Shown: one piece after another, positions 1 to 9,585 of the stretch | Numbering within the stretch: position 1 is the stretch's first letter | How the letters are laid out: each line of letters begins with the position of its first letter | NCBI GenBank assembly: GCA_964402035.1 | Contig: CAYOAM010000002.1 | Coordinates: forward strand, 27,280-91,279 | Direction of reading: 5' to 3' | Length of the DNA: 64,000 nucleotides | Origin: an uncultured Candidatus Saccharibacteria bacterium | GTDB lineage: Bacteria; Patescibacteriota; Minisyncoccia; Phycocordibacterales; UBA918 | Translations under genes and position numbers: made by a program | The notes under the pieces: generated by a model | What the model was told of the DNA's origin: nothing | What the model saw: the letters and a program-made list of their open reading frames with translations, nothing else | Database searches by the model: none

Positions 1-2907
1 TGGGCTAACAGTACCCCCGCCACTCACCACCACGTCAGTTGCAGCACTTTGTATCACTACATTTATGGTCTGTTGATTAAGCGCGCTTTCAGTGACATCA
101 AGTACGGTATAGACACACATGGTAGCTGTGGTTGTAATCGTGACCGTGCCGTTAAAGGTAGCCGTGCCATCCGCACTCGTAAAACCACTCGTGCTCGTTG
201 CACCATACTGGAGTTCATTGCCATTATAGACTTCACTTGAACAATCATACGGGGCTGACGTATCAAGATCGTACAGCAAACGCACGTTACTGATCCCAGT
301 TGAAGCATCAATTGAACCATCTTCCGTTATCGTAATACCTGTCACATTACGCGAACCAGAGTTTTCCGTTATCACATACGCTCCACCAATATATACCGTT
401 GTTGTCGGGACATCTGCACTTAAAATTTGCGAAGAAGTTGCAGTCACCGATACATCAGCCGCGATTGATGCGCGAGGATACAAAGAGTACGTTCGCAAAA
501 CATTACCCTTGTCGGTCAAACGAAAACAGTAGGTATTTCCTTCAGCGGCAGTTGTTGACGCAACAATAGAGTATTCCAATTCTATAAATTGTGTGGATGT
601 TGCCGTGATGGCACTAGTCTGTGACGATGTATCTTTTACAGCTGCATTGGGTGTAATAAAACTTATATTTCCATCACTCACCGCGCCATTTACGGCAAGC
701 GCAATATTGGTGGTGTTGTCCCCATCAGTAAGATTTGCCGTATTGTACATATCCCACTCATCAGCCACAGACCCAACATCCGTCCACAGATACGCTACAT
801 CACAGGTGGATGTTGCAATACTATACTCAAGTCGATATGAAATAGCTGCGGATGTTGTTCCCCCTTCATTTGAGACTTCAAGACGCAAGCGCACTGGCGT
901 ACTCTGTTGCAGTGACGTTAAACTAGTGTCTTCCACACTACTTGTCCTTGATGTTGCTGTTGTCTCTGTGCCATCGTCATTGCGCCAGTGAAAATGTAGA
1001 AGGGTGAGGTTGTCATTTTTGACGGTTGTCGAACCCACCATATCGAGCAAAGTTGTCGGAGCAACATCACCGGTCGTGGCCACAACATTCACCGACGGAG
1101 CATTCATAAAAATGTTAATGGTGTCGCCATCGTTTGCGCTCTCCAAGATATCCATGACCGGATACACACAAAGCGCACTACTGGTCCCTACGGTAGCAGA
1201 GCCGGTAAATGTCGACGATCCATTGGCACCGGTAAAAGAAGTACTGGTTGCCCCAAATTGTAGTTCAGTTCCATCGTATGAAACACTATTACAATCATAG
1301 GGGAATGTGGTATCACTCTCATACAAAAGTCTAATATTACTGAGATCATTTTGAGCATCAATCGAACCGTTTTCTTCGATCATAATGTCGGTGACCGTGC
1401 GGTTACTGATGACACTTTCATCAAATACAAACGCACTCCCGATATAAAAATTGGTCGTACTTGCCATTATCTCTGCTACCTGTGAACTTGATGTCGATAC
1501 AATAATACCGGGCACAAGATCAAACAGGGTATCACCGTACAGATCGTCTGCCGTCACGTCATCCCAGCTCATAAAGAGACGTTGGTCTGAAATTAGATTT
1601 AGATCAATAGCATACAGATCACTGGTTGTCGCATTACTGGGACCAGCCTCACTTGTCCAAGAGCTCATACTCGTCGTGCTCATTTTCCAGTACACATTTC
1701 CCGTCGCAGCAGTCAAAGGTGTAGTGCGTGCCGTGTATGCAACATAAACATTACTGGTATCTTTTTCCATGCCGATCGCGACATTTGTGATGCCTTTGGC
1801 GTCGTTATTAGTAACATTTACGGTACTCGTTGCCGCGCCTGTAGTCGATGTAGCCCAACGCCCGTCACTATAGCGCGCAGTGCGGATGTCGTTAGTGGTA
1901 CCCAGTGTGGCATTTTCCGCAGTATAGACAAGCAATGTCGTCGTTGTTGCGACCGATGTTGACGATGCAGTCACCGCAGCAAGCCCCACGTCATAGGTAG
2001 TGTTATCGGCTGCACCGGCATCGATAAGTGTCCATGCAGCCGTCCATGTGGCATTGTTCCAGATTTTAGATCGAATATCTTCAGCACTAATATCGCGATT
2101 AATGAGCATAATATGCCCGTTAATGAGCGGCTGAAGAATGCTGTAGTCATTGGCGAGATCTTGAGGACGTGACATGGCTTCACTCCAATCTGTCGTTGAA
2201 CCACAACTTGTCGAAGTAGCCGAACACCTGACCACAAATGAGTCACTAGTATCATCGGCCGAAATATACAGCGTTCCATCAGTCCCTCTTGTAATAGATG
2301 GGTAGTTGGCACCAGCGACATAGGTACCAACTTGCAGCGTGCTCGTACTTGCACTGATCGCTGTCGATCCACCGAGCCGCGTATCACTATTTGCCGTATC
2401 AACACGGTTATAGAGCACGTCTTTTGACGACATAGTGGCTACATGAATGTACGCCTGCCCTGATGTCGCGTTTGGTGTCCATTGGTCATACCACACGGCG
2501 ATACCGACACAATCAACAGCATTTCCACGATCATCCACCAACACTGCCGCACCCCAACTACCGCCAGCATTCGATGTCTTCGAATATACGCACTCACCCG
2601 AGCTGTCACGATAAAAACGGTACCCAATGAGATCTGTCGTGAAAACAGTCTGCGGACCCGCATGAAGATTTCCAAGGGCAGTGGTATCAACGGTTGCATC
2701 TATCGTGCCGTTTGCCGCCTCTGCAGCAGGTGGGACTAGAAAATCAAATGTGCCGGTAAAATCACCAAATACTATCGAGAACATAACGACCGACACGAGA
2801 GCGCGGTGTGCAAAACGGATGTATCGTCTTCTAGCTCGCAGAGAAAAAATAGACCGCATCAAGCGCCACATCACGTTACTTATTCCTTCTCCATTTGGAC
2901 GCTTCAT
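1..2907 (-). CDS. Large secreted surface protein, N-terminal ~968 aa (C-terminus runs off window start); T/S/G/A/N-rich beta-type repeats with Asp-box/BNR-like S-x-D/N-x-G-x-W motifs
   Basis: Hand translation of the - strand gives one stop-free frame from ATG at ~2905-2907 (MKRPNGEGISNVMWRLMRSIFSLRARRRYIRFAHRALVSVVMFSIVFGDF...AAEAANG, signal-peptide-like) down to nt 1. Examples: SKTSNAGGSWGAAV, YSDGRWATSTTG, repeated xxSxYDGTELQFGATSTS segments. It is absent from the ORF track because it has no in-window stop. The + strand ORFs 593..991, 1004..1300 and 1451..1747 are its antisense shadows. Confidence 0.55.
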   Translation of the reverse strand, partial: MKRPNGEGISNVMWRLMRSIFSLRARRRYIRFAHRALVSVVMFSIVFGDFTGTFDFLVPPAAEAANGTIDATVDTTALGNLHAGPQTVFTTDLIGYRFYRDSSGECVYSKTSNAGGSWGAAVLVDDRGNAVDCVGIAVWYDQWTPNATSGQAYIHVATMSSKDVLYNRVDTANSDTRLGGSTAISASTSTLQVGTYVAGANYPSITRGTDGTLYISADDTSDSFVVRCSATSTSCGSTTDWSEAMSRPQDLANDYSILQPLINGHIMLINRDISAEDIRSKIWNNATWTAAWTLIDAGAADNTTYDVGLAAVTASSTSVATTTTLLVYTAENATLGTTNDIRTARYSDGRWATSTTGAATSTVNVTNNDAKGITNVAIGMEKDTSNVYVAYTARTTPLTAATGNVYWKMSTTSMSSWTSEAGPSNATTSDLYAIDLNLISDQRLFMSWDDVTADDLYGDTLFDLVPGIIVSTSSSQVAEIMASTTNFYIGSAFVFDESVISNRTVTDIMIEENGSIDAQNDLSNIRLLYESDTTFPYDCNSVSYDGTELQFGATSTSFTGANGSSTFTGSATVGTSSALCVYPVMDILESANDGDTINIFMNAPSVNVVATTGDVAPTTLLDMVGSTTVKNDNLTLLHFHWRNDDGTETTATSRTSSVEDTSLTSLQQSTPVRLRLEVSNEGGTTSAAISYRLEYSIATSTCDVAYLWTDVGSVADEWDMYNTANLTDGDNTTNIALAVNGAVSDGNISFITPNAAVKDTSSQTSAITATSTQFIELEYSIVASTTAAEGNTYCFRLTDKGNVLRTYSLYPRASIAADVSVTATSSQILSADVPTTTVYIGGAYVITENSGSRNVTGITITEDGSIDASTGISNVRLLYDLDTSAPYDCSSEVYNGNELQYGATSTSGFTSADGTATFNGTVTITTTATMCVYTVLDVTESALNQQTINVVIQSAATDVVVSGGGTVSP

Positions 2908-2928
2908 GTCGCTCGTTCACACATCGCA

Positions 2929-4644
2929 TTATTCTATCGCATCCGCAGGTGTTGTCGTGCCTACAAATGCAGGGATAACCACATCGGGAATATCGACTGC
3001 TATCTCTTCCACAACGGTGGTGGACGCTACACTCATATCAATGACATCAATATGCGTCGGCACGACAGCAACAACGTCTGTTGTCGCCGTCGTGCTTGCG
3101 ACAATGAGATCAAAGCCGCTCAGCATGGGATCCTCGGGTGGCGGTGGAACGTCGCCACCTACGTCGGTTGAAGTCGCTACATCGTCATTTTGAACTTCAA
3201 TATCATCTTTCAGTGTCGGATTCGTTTGCACAAAGGCACTCTCTTCATTGGTTCCGTCTGGTTCCGGAATATTTTCTGGTACGGCGCGCGGAATAGCTCC
3301 GAGGGGTACTGATACGCCTTTATCCATGTCGTAGCCGACCGTCTGTACATCCCCATTCTCATCAATGCTGTCGTAGACGAGCAAATACCGAGGGTTCGTC
3401 GCACTCATGCCATCTCCATCATTAATCTGCTCAGTCTCTTGCGTTGCGAGATCATATACCTTGATGTGCCACACATCGCCATCGAGAAATTGCCATGACA
3501 ATACATCACCGCGTATATTTGGATCAATGTCGTGTGTCGTATTGCTGGTGAGCTGTGTGCGAGCACCATTAACATCCATCACGATCTCCCAATTGTCATT
3601 AATCCACGATTGCCACACGACTGCATCGCCGCGCACTACAGGCTCCATACTATTAAAATTATCATCGGTCAGCTGCGATTGTGATTCGTTTTTAAAATCG
3701 TACATCATAATCTGGTAGCGATCATTGATGAGGGCATGCCACACCATCCTATCTGCCTCCGCATCATAGTACGGGGCTGTATCATCATAGAGATTGTGTG
3801 TGAGCTGTACCACCACACCTCCCTTGCGCACAAAAATCTCAAGATCACCGTCTTGATCCTGTGCAGCATAGACTCCATCTTCTTCGACCGAAGCAGACGT
3901 GTCCTTTGTACAATAGAAAAAACCATTTTCTACCGTCACACAATCATCAACACCAAATTGGAATCGATTACTGTCATTTTCAACTAAGGTGTACCCTGGC
4001 TCTAACACCTCGGTTGTGCTTGCGAGATTATCAGTCGTAGTTGCAATCGTCTCATCAATAGCCGTTGACGTTGCCACCGGATCTACAAGCGGCACTTCAT
4101 CGTCGAGCAGAGGAGCATCTACTGTATCGGTTGCTGTTGATGATGCCGCGCTATCTTCAGCAGATGATGTTCCCATTTCATCAACCCCCAGATCAATAGC
4201 TTCGGTTGATGTTGCGACCTCCAAGTCCTCACTAGGTTCAGACTCATTTTGATATGGTGTCTCTATAGCCTCATCGGTGGTTGATCCGACAGCAGAAGTG
4301 ACTGCTGTACTATCGTCAATCACGGCATCTACGTCCGTTGTGTCCGCTGGCACTTCATCTGCACTTACCGGCACAACAGGAAGCTCTTCATCCACCACTC
4401 CGTTATCTAAAACATCTGCAATTGCAACGGTAGGCTCTGGTACTGGTTCTTCGACAGGTATAGAAACCGACGGTATAGAGACCGACTCTTCTGATACCTC
4501 GCTTGAAGCATCTACTACTGCTGCCTCCTCGTCTGCAGCTGACACTCGCACCACTGGTTGGAGAAGAATGATACCAACAAGCAACACCGAAAGCACCTTT
4601 GCCAATTTCGAAAAAGGCAGCGCCTGAGGCTCTGGATATTGCAT
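2929..4644 (-). CDS. Secreted or membrane-anchored acidic protein with three tandem W-rich ~40-aa repeats and a long D/E/T/S-rich low-complexity region
   Basis: ORF track 2929..4917. Start placed at in-frame MQYPEPQALPFSKLAKVLSVLLVGIILL (hydrophobic N-terminus) by arithmetic on the track. Tandem repeats DRMVWHALINDRYQIMMYDF / DAVVWQSWINDNWEIVMDV / DVLSWQFLDGDVWHIKVYDL. Confidence 0.45.
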   Translation of the reverse strand: MQYPEPQALPFSKLAKVLSVLLVGIILLQPVVRVSAADEEAAVVDASSEVSEESVSIPSVSIPVEEPVPEPTVAIADVLDNGVVDEELPVVPVSADEVPADTTDVDAVIDDSTAVTSAVGSTTDEAIETPYQNESEPSEDLEVATSTEAIDLGVDEMGTSSAEDSAASSTATDTVDAPLLDDEVPLVDPVATSTAIDETIATTTDNLASTTEVLEPGYTLVENDSNRFQFGVDDCVTVENGFFYCTKDTSASVEEDGVYAAQDQDGDLEIFVRKGGVVVQLTHNLYDDTAPYYDAEADRMVWHALINDRYQIMMYDFKNESQSQLTDDNFNSMEPVVRGDAVVWQSWINDNWEIVMDVNGARTQLTSNTTHDIDPNIRGDVLSWQFLDGDVWHIKVYDLATQETEQINDGDGMSATNPRYLLVYDSIDENGDVQTVGYDMDKGVSVPLGAIPRAVPENIPEPDGTNEESAFVQTNPTLKDDIEVQNDDVATSTDVGGDVPPPPEDPMLSGFDLIVASTTATTDVVAVVPTHIDVIDMSVASTTVVEEIAVDIPDVVIPAFVGTTTPADAIE

Positions 4645-4920
4645 TTGATTTATCCCCACCACAATAGGAGAAAACTCTGGCGAACGTATTCGCTTTCCTC
4701 CAGATTTCCTGCTTTTTATAATTTTTGGTGTTCTTTTCACAAAAACTATATTTATAGCCATTTCTCGACCATCGAGATTATTTTCTCGATGGTCGATATG
4801 TACTTCGTACCTACCTATAATAGCTCTGTTCACAGTTTTAATCACAGAGTTATCAACAGTTTGTTCTAAGGTGACTACAAATTTGTTTCTAGTTTTTCTA
4901 GTTCTACCTACCCACACAGC

Positions 4921-5784
4921 GTGAGGAGAAAATTACTCAAAGCCATGTATGCTAGTGAGATGCTACCTCGTCACCTTACACTTGAAAAAAATGTCGGGGA
5001 GACTCCCTTGCAGGTGCTGGAGCGAGCACGTACACTCCACCACATCCCCACCGACGTCGCTTTAGCCTACGCTGGCCGTCTTGATCCTATGGCTTCGGGC
5101 AAACTACTTATTCTCATAGGTGACGAATGTAAGGTGCAGGAGCAGTACCATTCTTTTGATAAGGAATACGAATTTGAAGTACTTTTTGAAATAGCGACCG
5201 ACTCTGGAGATATCTTGGGTCTCCCTACCTATACCCCCCACATCGGTTCACTTCGCGAATTGGACATCAAAGAGACAGCCCGAACACTCGAAAACACTGA
5301 GATAACTCTCAAATACCCTGTTTTTTCATCTAAAACGGTCAAAGGCAAGCCCTTGTTTATGTGGGCGCTCGAAGACAAGCTCGATCATATAGAGATACCT
5401 ACCGCGACAACAAAGCTCTTTAAGCTCACCTACCATCACAGTAGACAATTTCCACCGGATAAAATACGAAAGTATGTGCACGAGCGCATCAATCTGGTAC
5501 CGCGAGTCACCGAAGAAAGTAAACTGCTTGGAGCAGACTTCAGAAGAGTAAAAACGCTCAAGGCGTGGGACGAGGTATTGCGTACGACCGATGCAAGCAC
5601 CTTTCTTGTCGCGCGGTTTACCTGTATCTGTTCGTCAGGCACCTATATCCGCTCGCTTGCTCCGCACATTGCCTCCCTCCTCGGCACCACAGGACTCGCT
5701 TTCTCTATCCACCGTACCAAAATCGGCAAGTACTTCCCACTTCCGATTTTTAAGAGACACGGCGTCTGGTTTAAACAATTTTAA
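4921..5784 (+). CDS. truB: tRNA pseudouridine synthase, TruB family
   Basis: The motif AYAGRLDPMASGKLLILIGDE matches the TruB catalytic HTGxLDPxAxG region and SGTYIRSLAPHIASLLG matches the TruB KGTYIRSL segment. Listed start is GTG; internal ATGs at ~4945 and 4960 are alternatives. Confidence 0.6.
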   Translation: MRRKLLKAMYASEMLPRHLTLEKNVGETPLQVLERARTLHHIPTDVALAYAGRLDPMASGKLLILIGDECKVQEQYHSFDKEYEFEVLFEIATDSGDILGLPTYTPHIGSLRELDIKETARTLENTEITLKYPVFSSKTVKGKPLFMWALEDKLDHIEIPTATTKLFKLTYHHSRQFPPDKIRKYVHERINLVPRVTEESKLLGADFRRVKTLKAWDEVLRTTDASTFLVARFTCICSSGTYIRSLAPHIASLLGTTGLAFSIHRTKIGKYFPLPIFKRHGVWFKQF

Positions 5785-6557
5785 TACGGGGATAGCCCTT
5801 CAATGTTTCCTTTTGGGCTGTAGTGACACACCCAAATTTCTTTGCGCTCATCTGAAAGACAAAGACTTTTGGCACAGCCAACCTCGGTAGTGTTCGCCCA
5901 CATAATCTGTGTGTAATGTCCGCACACTTCGCCGGTCACACACGCATTAGTTGCGTGATCGTAGAACGTCTCTTCCGCTAGAAACGAATCCATGATTTCT
6001 GCTGGCTTGCGTGGTGTCTGTCCTGCTCCGTATTTACGACTATAGTAGATATTCTCTCCATAGGTCTTACCGCTATGAGCAAGTGTGCACCCGCGCGAAG
6101 CCAAAGTATCTGCCCATGCAGTGGCACTTTTTTCTAACACGGGTGACCATGAGAGCGGCGCAACACCGTGTGCAGCACGCGCTTTGTTATGCAGCATCAA
6201 AAGAGTATCGTTTTCAAGGGTTAGCACAGCCTCAACAACAGGAACCGGCACGATTATCTTTTCCTGAGCAGAGGTGGTGGACATCGTATCCAAAACAACT
6301 CTGCTTGATGTCGCACGGTCTACGGTAGGCGCTTCTGTGACAAGCATAGTTGTAGTTGCTTCTGGAGTTTCAACGGCAGTCACCAGTGCAGCTGCCTGTG
6401 GGCCAGGAGTAGTATTTTTATGATTCCGCTCAAAGACTAGCGTGTTTGGCACATGGATCGAGATACGCATCTGCAAAAGACTCGGTCCCAAAAGTGCGAT
6501 ACATCCAATAATTGATGCTACCGAACCAATAATGCCGAAATCACGCCATGCTTTCAT
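5781..6557 (-). CDS. CAP/SCP/PR-1 family secreted protein with N-terminal membrane anchor
   Basis: HNKARAAHGVAPLSWS...LAHSG...GENIYY...HYTQIMWANTTEVGCA...VCHYSPKGN are the CAP-domain signature blocks. Start at MKAWRDFGIIGSVASIIGCIALL is derived from the ORF track (listed ORF begins at a TTG). ATGA overlap with the upstream gene; 4-nt 3' overlap with truB. Confidence 0.65.
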   Translation of the reverse strand: MKAWRDFGIIGSVASIIGCIALLGPSLLQMRISIHVPNTLVFERNHKNTTPGPQAAALVTAVETPEATTTMLVTEAPTVDRATSSRVVLDTMSTTSAQEKIIVPVPVVEAVLTLENDTLLMLHNKARAAHGVAPLSWSPVLEKSATAWADTLASRGCTLAHSGKTYGENIYYSRKYGAGQTPRKPAEIMDSFLAEETFYDHATNACVTGEVCGHYTQIMWANTTEVGCAKSLCLSDERKEIWVCHYSPKGNIEGLSPY

Positions 6558-6904
6558 AGATCTTTTTTTATTACCCGACTCAACAATATACGATCGGTAC
6601 CAAACAATGCTACATTCCAATCAAACTGCGATTCAACGTCCTTGATAAAGGTACTGCGCGAGGCGACATCACCACAACTAAAAGCGAGGGATTCGATAGC
6701 TTCATCTGCGACAGCGACGACTATGGTCGACGCACATGCCGGCAAAGCAGGTGCGGTAAGACCAGCGCCATCCCCCACGCGGTACGCCTCGTACGAATCA
6801 CGATCGGCAAACTCTATGACCTCATCGCTTGAACCAAAGAAAAAAAGACCAGCGCCAGAGAGGACTAGGAGTACGGTCAAAGCGATGATGACTTTTTGCA
6901 TCAT
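6554..6904 (-). CDS. Small secreted hypothetical protein (signal peptide)
   Basis: MMQKVIIALTVLLVLSGAGLFFFG hydrophobic N-terminus; translationally coupled (ATGA) to the CAP-domain gene. Confidence 0.45.
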   Translation of the reverse strand: MMQKVIIALTVLLVLSGAGLFFFGSSDEVIEFADRDSYEAYRVGDGAGLTAPALPACASTIVVAVADEAIESLAFSCGDVASRSTFIKDVESQFDWNVALFGTDRILLSRVIKKDL

Positions 6905-6962
6905 ATAGCCATATTCTACCCCAAAGTAGCCTAAAAGCCGCTATATGTTTGCTAGTATTGCC

Positions 6963-6991
6963 TTGACGGTAGGCCCTCTCTCTGCTATGCT
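6963..6991 (+). promoter_or_regulatory. Sigma70-like promoter for rpmG: TTGACG-17 nt-TATGCT
   Basis: Hexamers read directly at 6963-6968 and 6986-6991; ATG follows 10 nt after the -10. Confidence 0.4.
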
Positions 6992-7001
6992 TTAGCCCAT
7001 T

Positions 7002-7175
7002 ATGTCACAAGATAGACTCATAAAACTCGTGTCCGTAGGCGACGAAAAAGGCCTGGGCAAGGGCCACGTGTACTACACCACCAAGAACCGCAAGAAGCTC
7101 GCGGACCGAAAATTTGCGTTTAAAAAATTCAATCCCGTCTCGAAGTCCCACACGGTCTACAAAGAAAAGAAATAA
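7002..7175 (+). CDS. rpmG: 50S ribosomal protein L33 (non-zinc type), 57 aa
   Basis: Below the ORF-track size cut-off and found by hand translation: MSQDRLIKLVSVGDEKGLGKGHVYYTTKNRKKLADRKFAFKKFNPVSKSHTVYKEKK. This aligns with E. coli L33 ([21 protein letters not shown]...[22 protein letters not shown]). Confidence 0.8.
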   Translation: MSQDRLIKLVSVGDEKGLGKGHVYYTTKNRKKLADRKFAFKKFNPVSKSHTVYKEKK

Positions 7176-7176
7176 C

Positions 7177-7209
7177 AAAAAAGACCCTCACATTGAGGGT
7201 CTTTTTTAC
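7177..7209. terminator. Bidirectional intrinsic terminator between rpmG (+) and the membrane-protein gene (-)
   Basis: AAAAAAGACCCTCA-CAT-TGAGGGTCTTTTTT: 10-bp perfect stem flanked by an A-run and a T-run. Confidence 0.65.
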
Positions 7210-7221
7210 CAACCAACCATC

Positions 7222-7587
7222 CTACACTCGCTCAGTGCTAGAATTTGAGGCAGACTTGCGAGAAAAAATTTTTTTGATAGAAAAGTAAATTGCGCCAAGA
7301 AATAAGCCAAGAAAACTGTAGAGCAGTAGATTTATTACGAAGACGACAAGATAGAGTTCTCCCATGCCATCCTTACAATAATCTGGCACCCCTAATCCAC
7401 CCATGCACGCAAACAAGATAAGACCTCCTGGGTAAGTTGCTATAGATTCGATAAACCCCGTCAAACGATACAGCCATGGGAGTGTATAACCAAAATTAAT
7501 ATCAAGAGAGTTAACAAAACCAGAAAAAACAGAAGCCGCAATCAACGTATATCCAACCCCAAAATACATTGCTGATTTATAAAGCAT
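7222..7587 (-). CDS. Hypothetical polytopic membrane protein
   Basis: 121-aa ORF with 3-4 hydrophobic segments; directly downstream of fba (2-nt gap). Confidence 0.45.
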   Translation of the reverse strand: MLYKSAMYFGVGYTLIAASVFSGFVNSLDINFGYTLPWLYRLTGFIESIATYPGGLILFACMGGLGVPDYCKDGMGELYLVVFVINLLLYSFLGLFLGAIYFSIKKIFSRKSASNSSTERV

Positions 7588-7588
7588 A

Positions 7589-8614
7589 CTAGATATAGAT
7601 GTCTTCCTCTGGTTTATATTTCCCCACAGCAGCGAGACTATTCATCTGTGCACGTTTGAGCAACACTTCCTGTGCTTTTGCTTTGTTGGCATCATCTCCC
7701 TTCCATGTCGCGATCACTGGCTCCTCAATAGCGCGCGAGTATGAATACGTGATTACCCATGGCTGACGCCCGAGCATTGAAATCGCTTGTAGGTTTTCTG
7801 TCGAGCGTTTTGGTGACTGTCCACCCGAGAGAAAGACGATACCAGGTACTTCATGCGGCACTGAAAGATGGAATGTACGCAATGTCGCATTGGCGACTTC
7901 TTCTGGAGACGTTTGCTGTGGAGCGCCATCACTTGCCAAGACCATACTCGACTTGAGGATCAAACCCTTGAGATCAACCTTGTACTCCTTAAGAGCTGCA
8001 AACAACATCTGGAGAACCCGCATCGTCACTTCTTCAGATCGTTGCACGGAATGTGTACCGTGCAATATCACTTCCGGTTCGACGATTGGTACCATGCGCG
8101 CATCCTGTACGAGTGCCGCATAGCGCGCAAGCAAGAATGCATTTGCTTTGATACACGCATCGGTCGGCACGCTATCACCATCAATGGTGAAGACACCACG
8201 CCACTTCGTGAAGCGTGCTCCTTGCTCATAGTATTTTGCAAGACGTTTTCCAAGACCATCGAGTCCTTCGGTCACTACTTCCCCCTTAAAATTCTGAAGC
8301 GGTACGGTGCCAAGATCGACTTTAATACCAGGGATGATCCCTCGTGAAGCTAGAACATCGGGAAATGGTATCCCGTCTGTGGTCGCATCACGCATCGAAC
8401 TATCATAGAGGATCACTCCTGAAAGGTATTCTTCTATGCCTGGAGCGGTAAAAAGTAACTCACGATATGATCGCTGCATTGCATCAGTTTCTGCAATACC
8501 TGCATCCTTAAAATGCGAAAACATCGTGCGCTCACTTTCGTCCGCCGCCAACAACCCTTTCCCCGGCACTAATAAAGCGGCCGCTATAGCGTAGAGATCT
8601 GCATTATCTTTCAT
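7589..8614 (-). CDS. fba: Fructose-bisphosphate aldolase, class I
   Basis: LLVPGKGLLAADESERTM, GIIPGIKVDLG, PIVEPEVIL and GIVFLSGGQS are the class I (Schiff-base) FBA signature blocks. Confidence 0.8.
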   Translation of the reverse strand: MKDNADLYAIAAALLVPGKGLLAADESERTMFSHFKDAGIAETDAMQRSYRELLFTAPGIEEYLSGVILYDSSMRDATTDGIPFPDVLASRGIIPGIKVDLGTVPLQNFKGEVVTEGLDGLGKRLAKYYEQGARFTKWRGVFTIDGDSVPTDACIKANAFLLARYAALVQDARMVPIVEPEVILHGTHSVQRSEEVTMRVLQMLFAALKEYKVDLKGLILKSSMVLASDGAPQQTSPEEVANATLRTFHLSVPHEVPGIVFLSGGQSPKRSTENLQAISMLGRQPWVITYSYSRAIEEPVIATWKGDDANKAKAQEVLLKRAQMNSLAAVGKYKPEEDIYI

Positions 8615-8737
8615 ACACTCTAGTGTACCGTATTAGAGCCGAACCAAAATCTCAAAAAATATAATTCTGTGCACAAGGTATCTCTAGAGACAGTATGGGA
8701 GACGCATCGCAAAAAATTTTGAGATACAAGGCGTCAA

Positions 8738-8785
8738 AGCGTAAAGGCTTGAGACGTATAAGTATACGACGAGATCCTTTACGCT
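8738..8785. repeat. Hairpin (10-bp perfect stem AGCGTAAAGG/CCTTTACGCT) whose loop carries the near-palindrome GACGTATAAGTATACGACGAG; the motif recurs at ~16089-16110 and 16230-16250
   Basis: Read directly; the motif copies are 18-21/21 identical. Confidence 0.45.
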
Positions 8786-8822
8786 GCAGACAACGCAGTA
8801 GATCAGATTTTTGGCATGCGTC

Positions 8823-9584
8823 TTAGGGGCGAATACGCCAACCAGTAGCAAAAAGATGTACAACCAACCATCCTAAACCAAAAACAAGTCCCAGAATCAT
8901 CAAAAGCCCTATACTGGTATTCGCTTCACTAATGCCGATCATGCTTGAACGAATGCCATCAACAAAATAGAAAAACGGATTGGCGTACGTAATAAATTGC
9001 ACGCTCGGTGGAAGCATGTGTACTGAATAGAAAATACCTCCAAGATACGTGAGCGGCGTAATAACAAAGATATTAATAGCGCCAAGCTGCTCAAAACCTT
9101 TTGCCCATAGCCCCACCAAAATACCCAATAGCGAAAAGACAACTGCGACAGCGACAACGTAAAAAATAAAGAGTGGCAGACTTGCGAGCGTCACTGCCCC
9201 AAAGAGAAGTCCAACGATCAAGATACCAAATGCAACCACGAGCGCTCGTGCAATGCCTCCAGCAACATACCCAATCACAATTTCAATATAGGAGAGCGGT
9301 GACACTAAGATCTCCTCAATACTTTTTATAAACCGCGCAAAGTAAATCGAGCTCGAACTTTGCGCAAACGACGATGCGATGATATTGAGCATCAGAATTC
9401 CTGGAAATACAAAGGTGATATAGGGAGCTCCAGCAATGGTGTCAATACGTCCACCCACCACGTGACCAAAGATAAAAATATAGAGCGATGCAGAAATCAG
9501 CGGCGAGAGAATAGTCTGCCCAGGTATACGAAGCATCCGTTTTATTTCCCTGCGTACAATCGTGTAAAGACCTATCCAATTCAT
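8823..9584 (-). CDS. ABC-2 type transporter permease
   Basis: Six hydrophobic segments, ABC-2 family architecture; start at MNWIGLYTIVRREIKRM. Overlaps the end of the upstream ATPase gene by 1 nt. Confidence 0.7.
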   Translation of the reverse strand: MNWIGLYTIVRREIKRMLRIPGQTILSPLISASLYIFIFGHVVGGRIDTIAGAPYITFVFPGILMLNIIASSFAQSSSSIYFARFIKSIEEILVSPLSYIEIVIGYVAGGIARALVVAFGILIVGLLFGAVTLASLPLFIFYVVAVAVVFSLLGILVGLWAKGFEQLGAINIFVITPLTYLGGIFYSVHMLPPSVQFITYANPFFYFVDGIRSSMIGISEANTSIGLLMILGLVFGLGWLVVHLFATGWRIRP

Positions 9585-9585
9585 A

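Noticed and set aside
593-1747. Three + strand ORFs (593..991, 1004..1300, 1451..1747) and - strand ORFs 63..320 and 1971..2405
   Set aside because: They lie antisense or out-of-frame to the continuous, protein-like - strand frame of the giant surface-protein gene (1..2907). Their translations are V/S/A/T-rich with no protein character.
2681-3193. + strand ORF 170 aa spanning the junction of two - strand genes
   Set aside because: Antisense shadow of the low-complexity C-terminus of gene 2929..4644 and the N-terminus of gene 1..2907.
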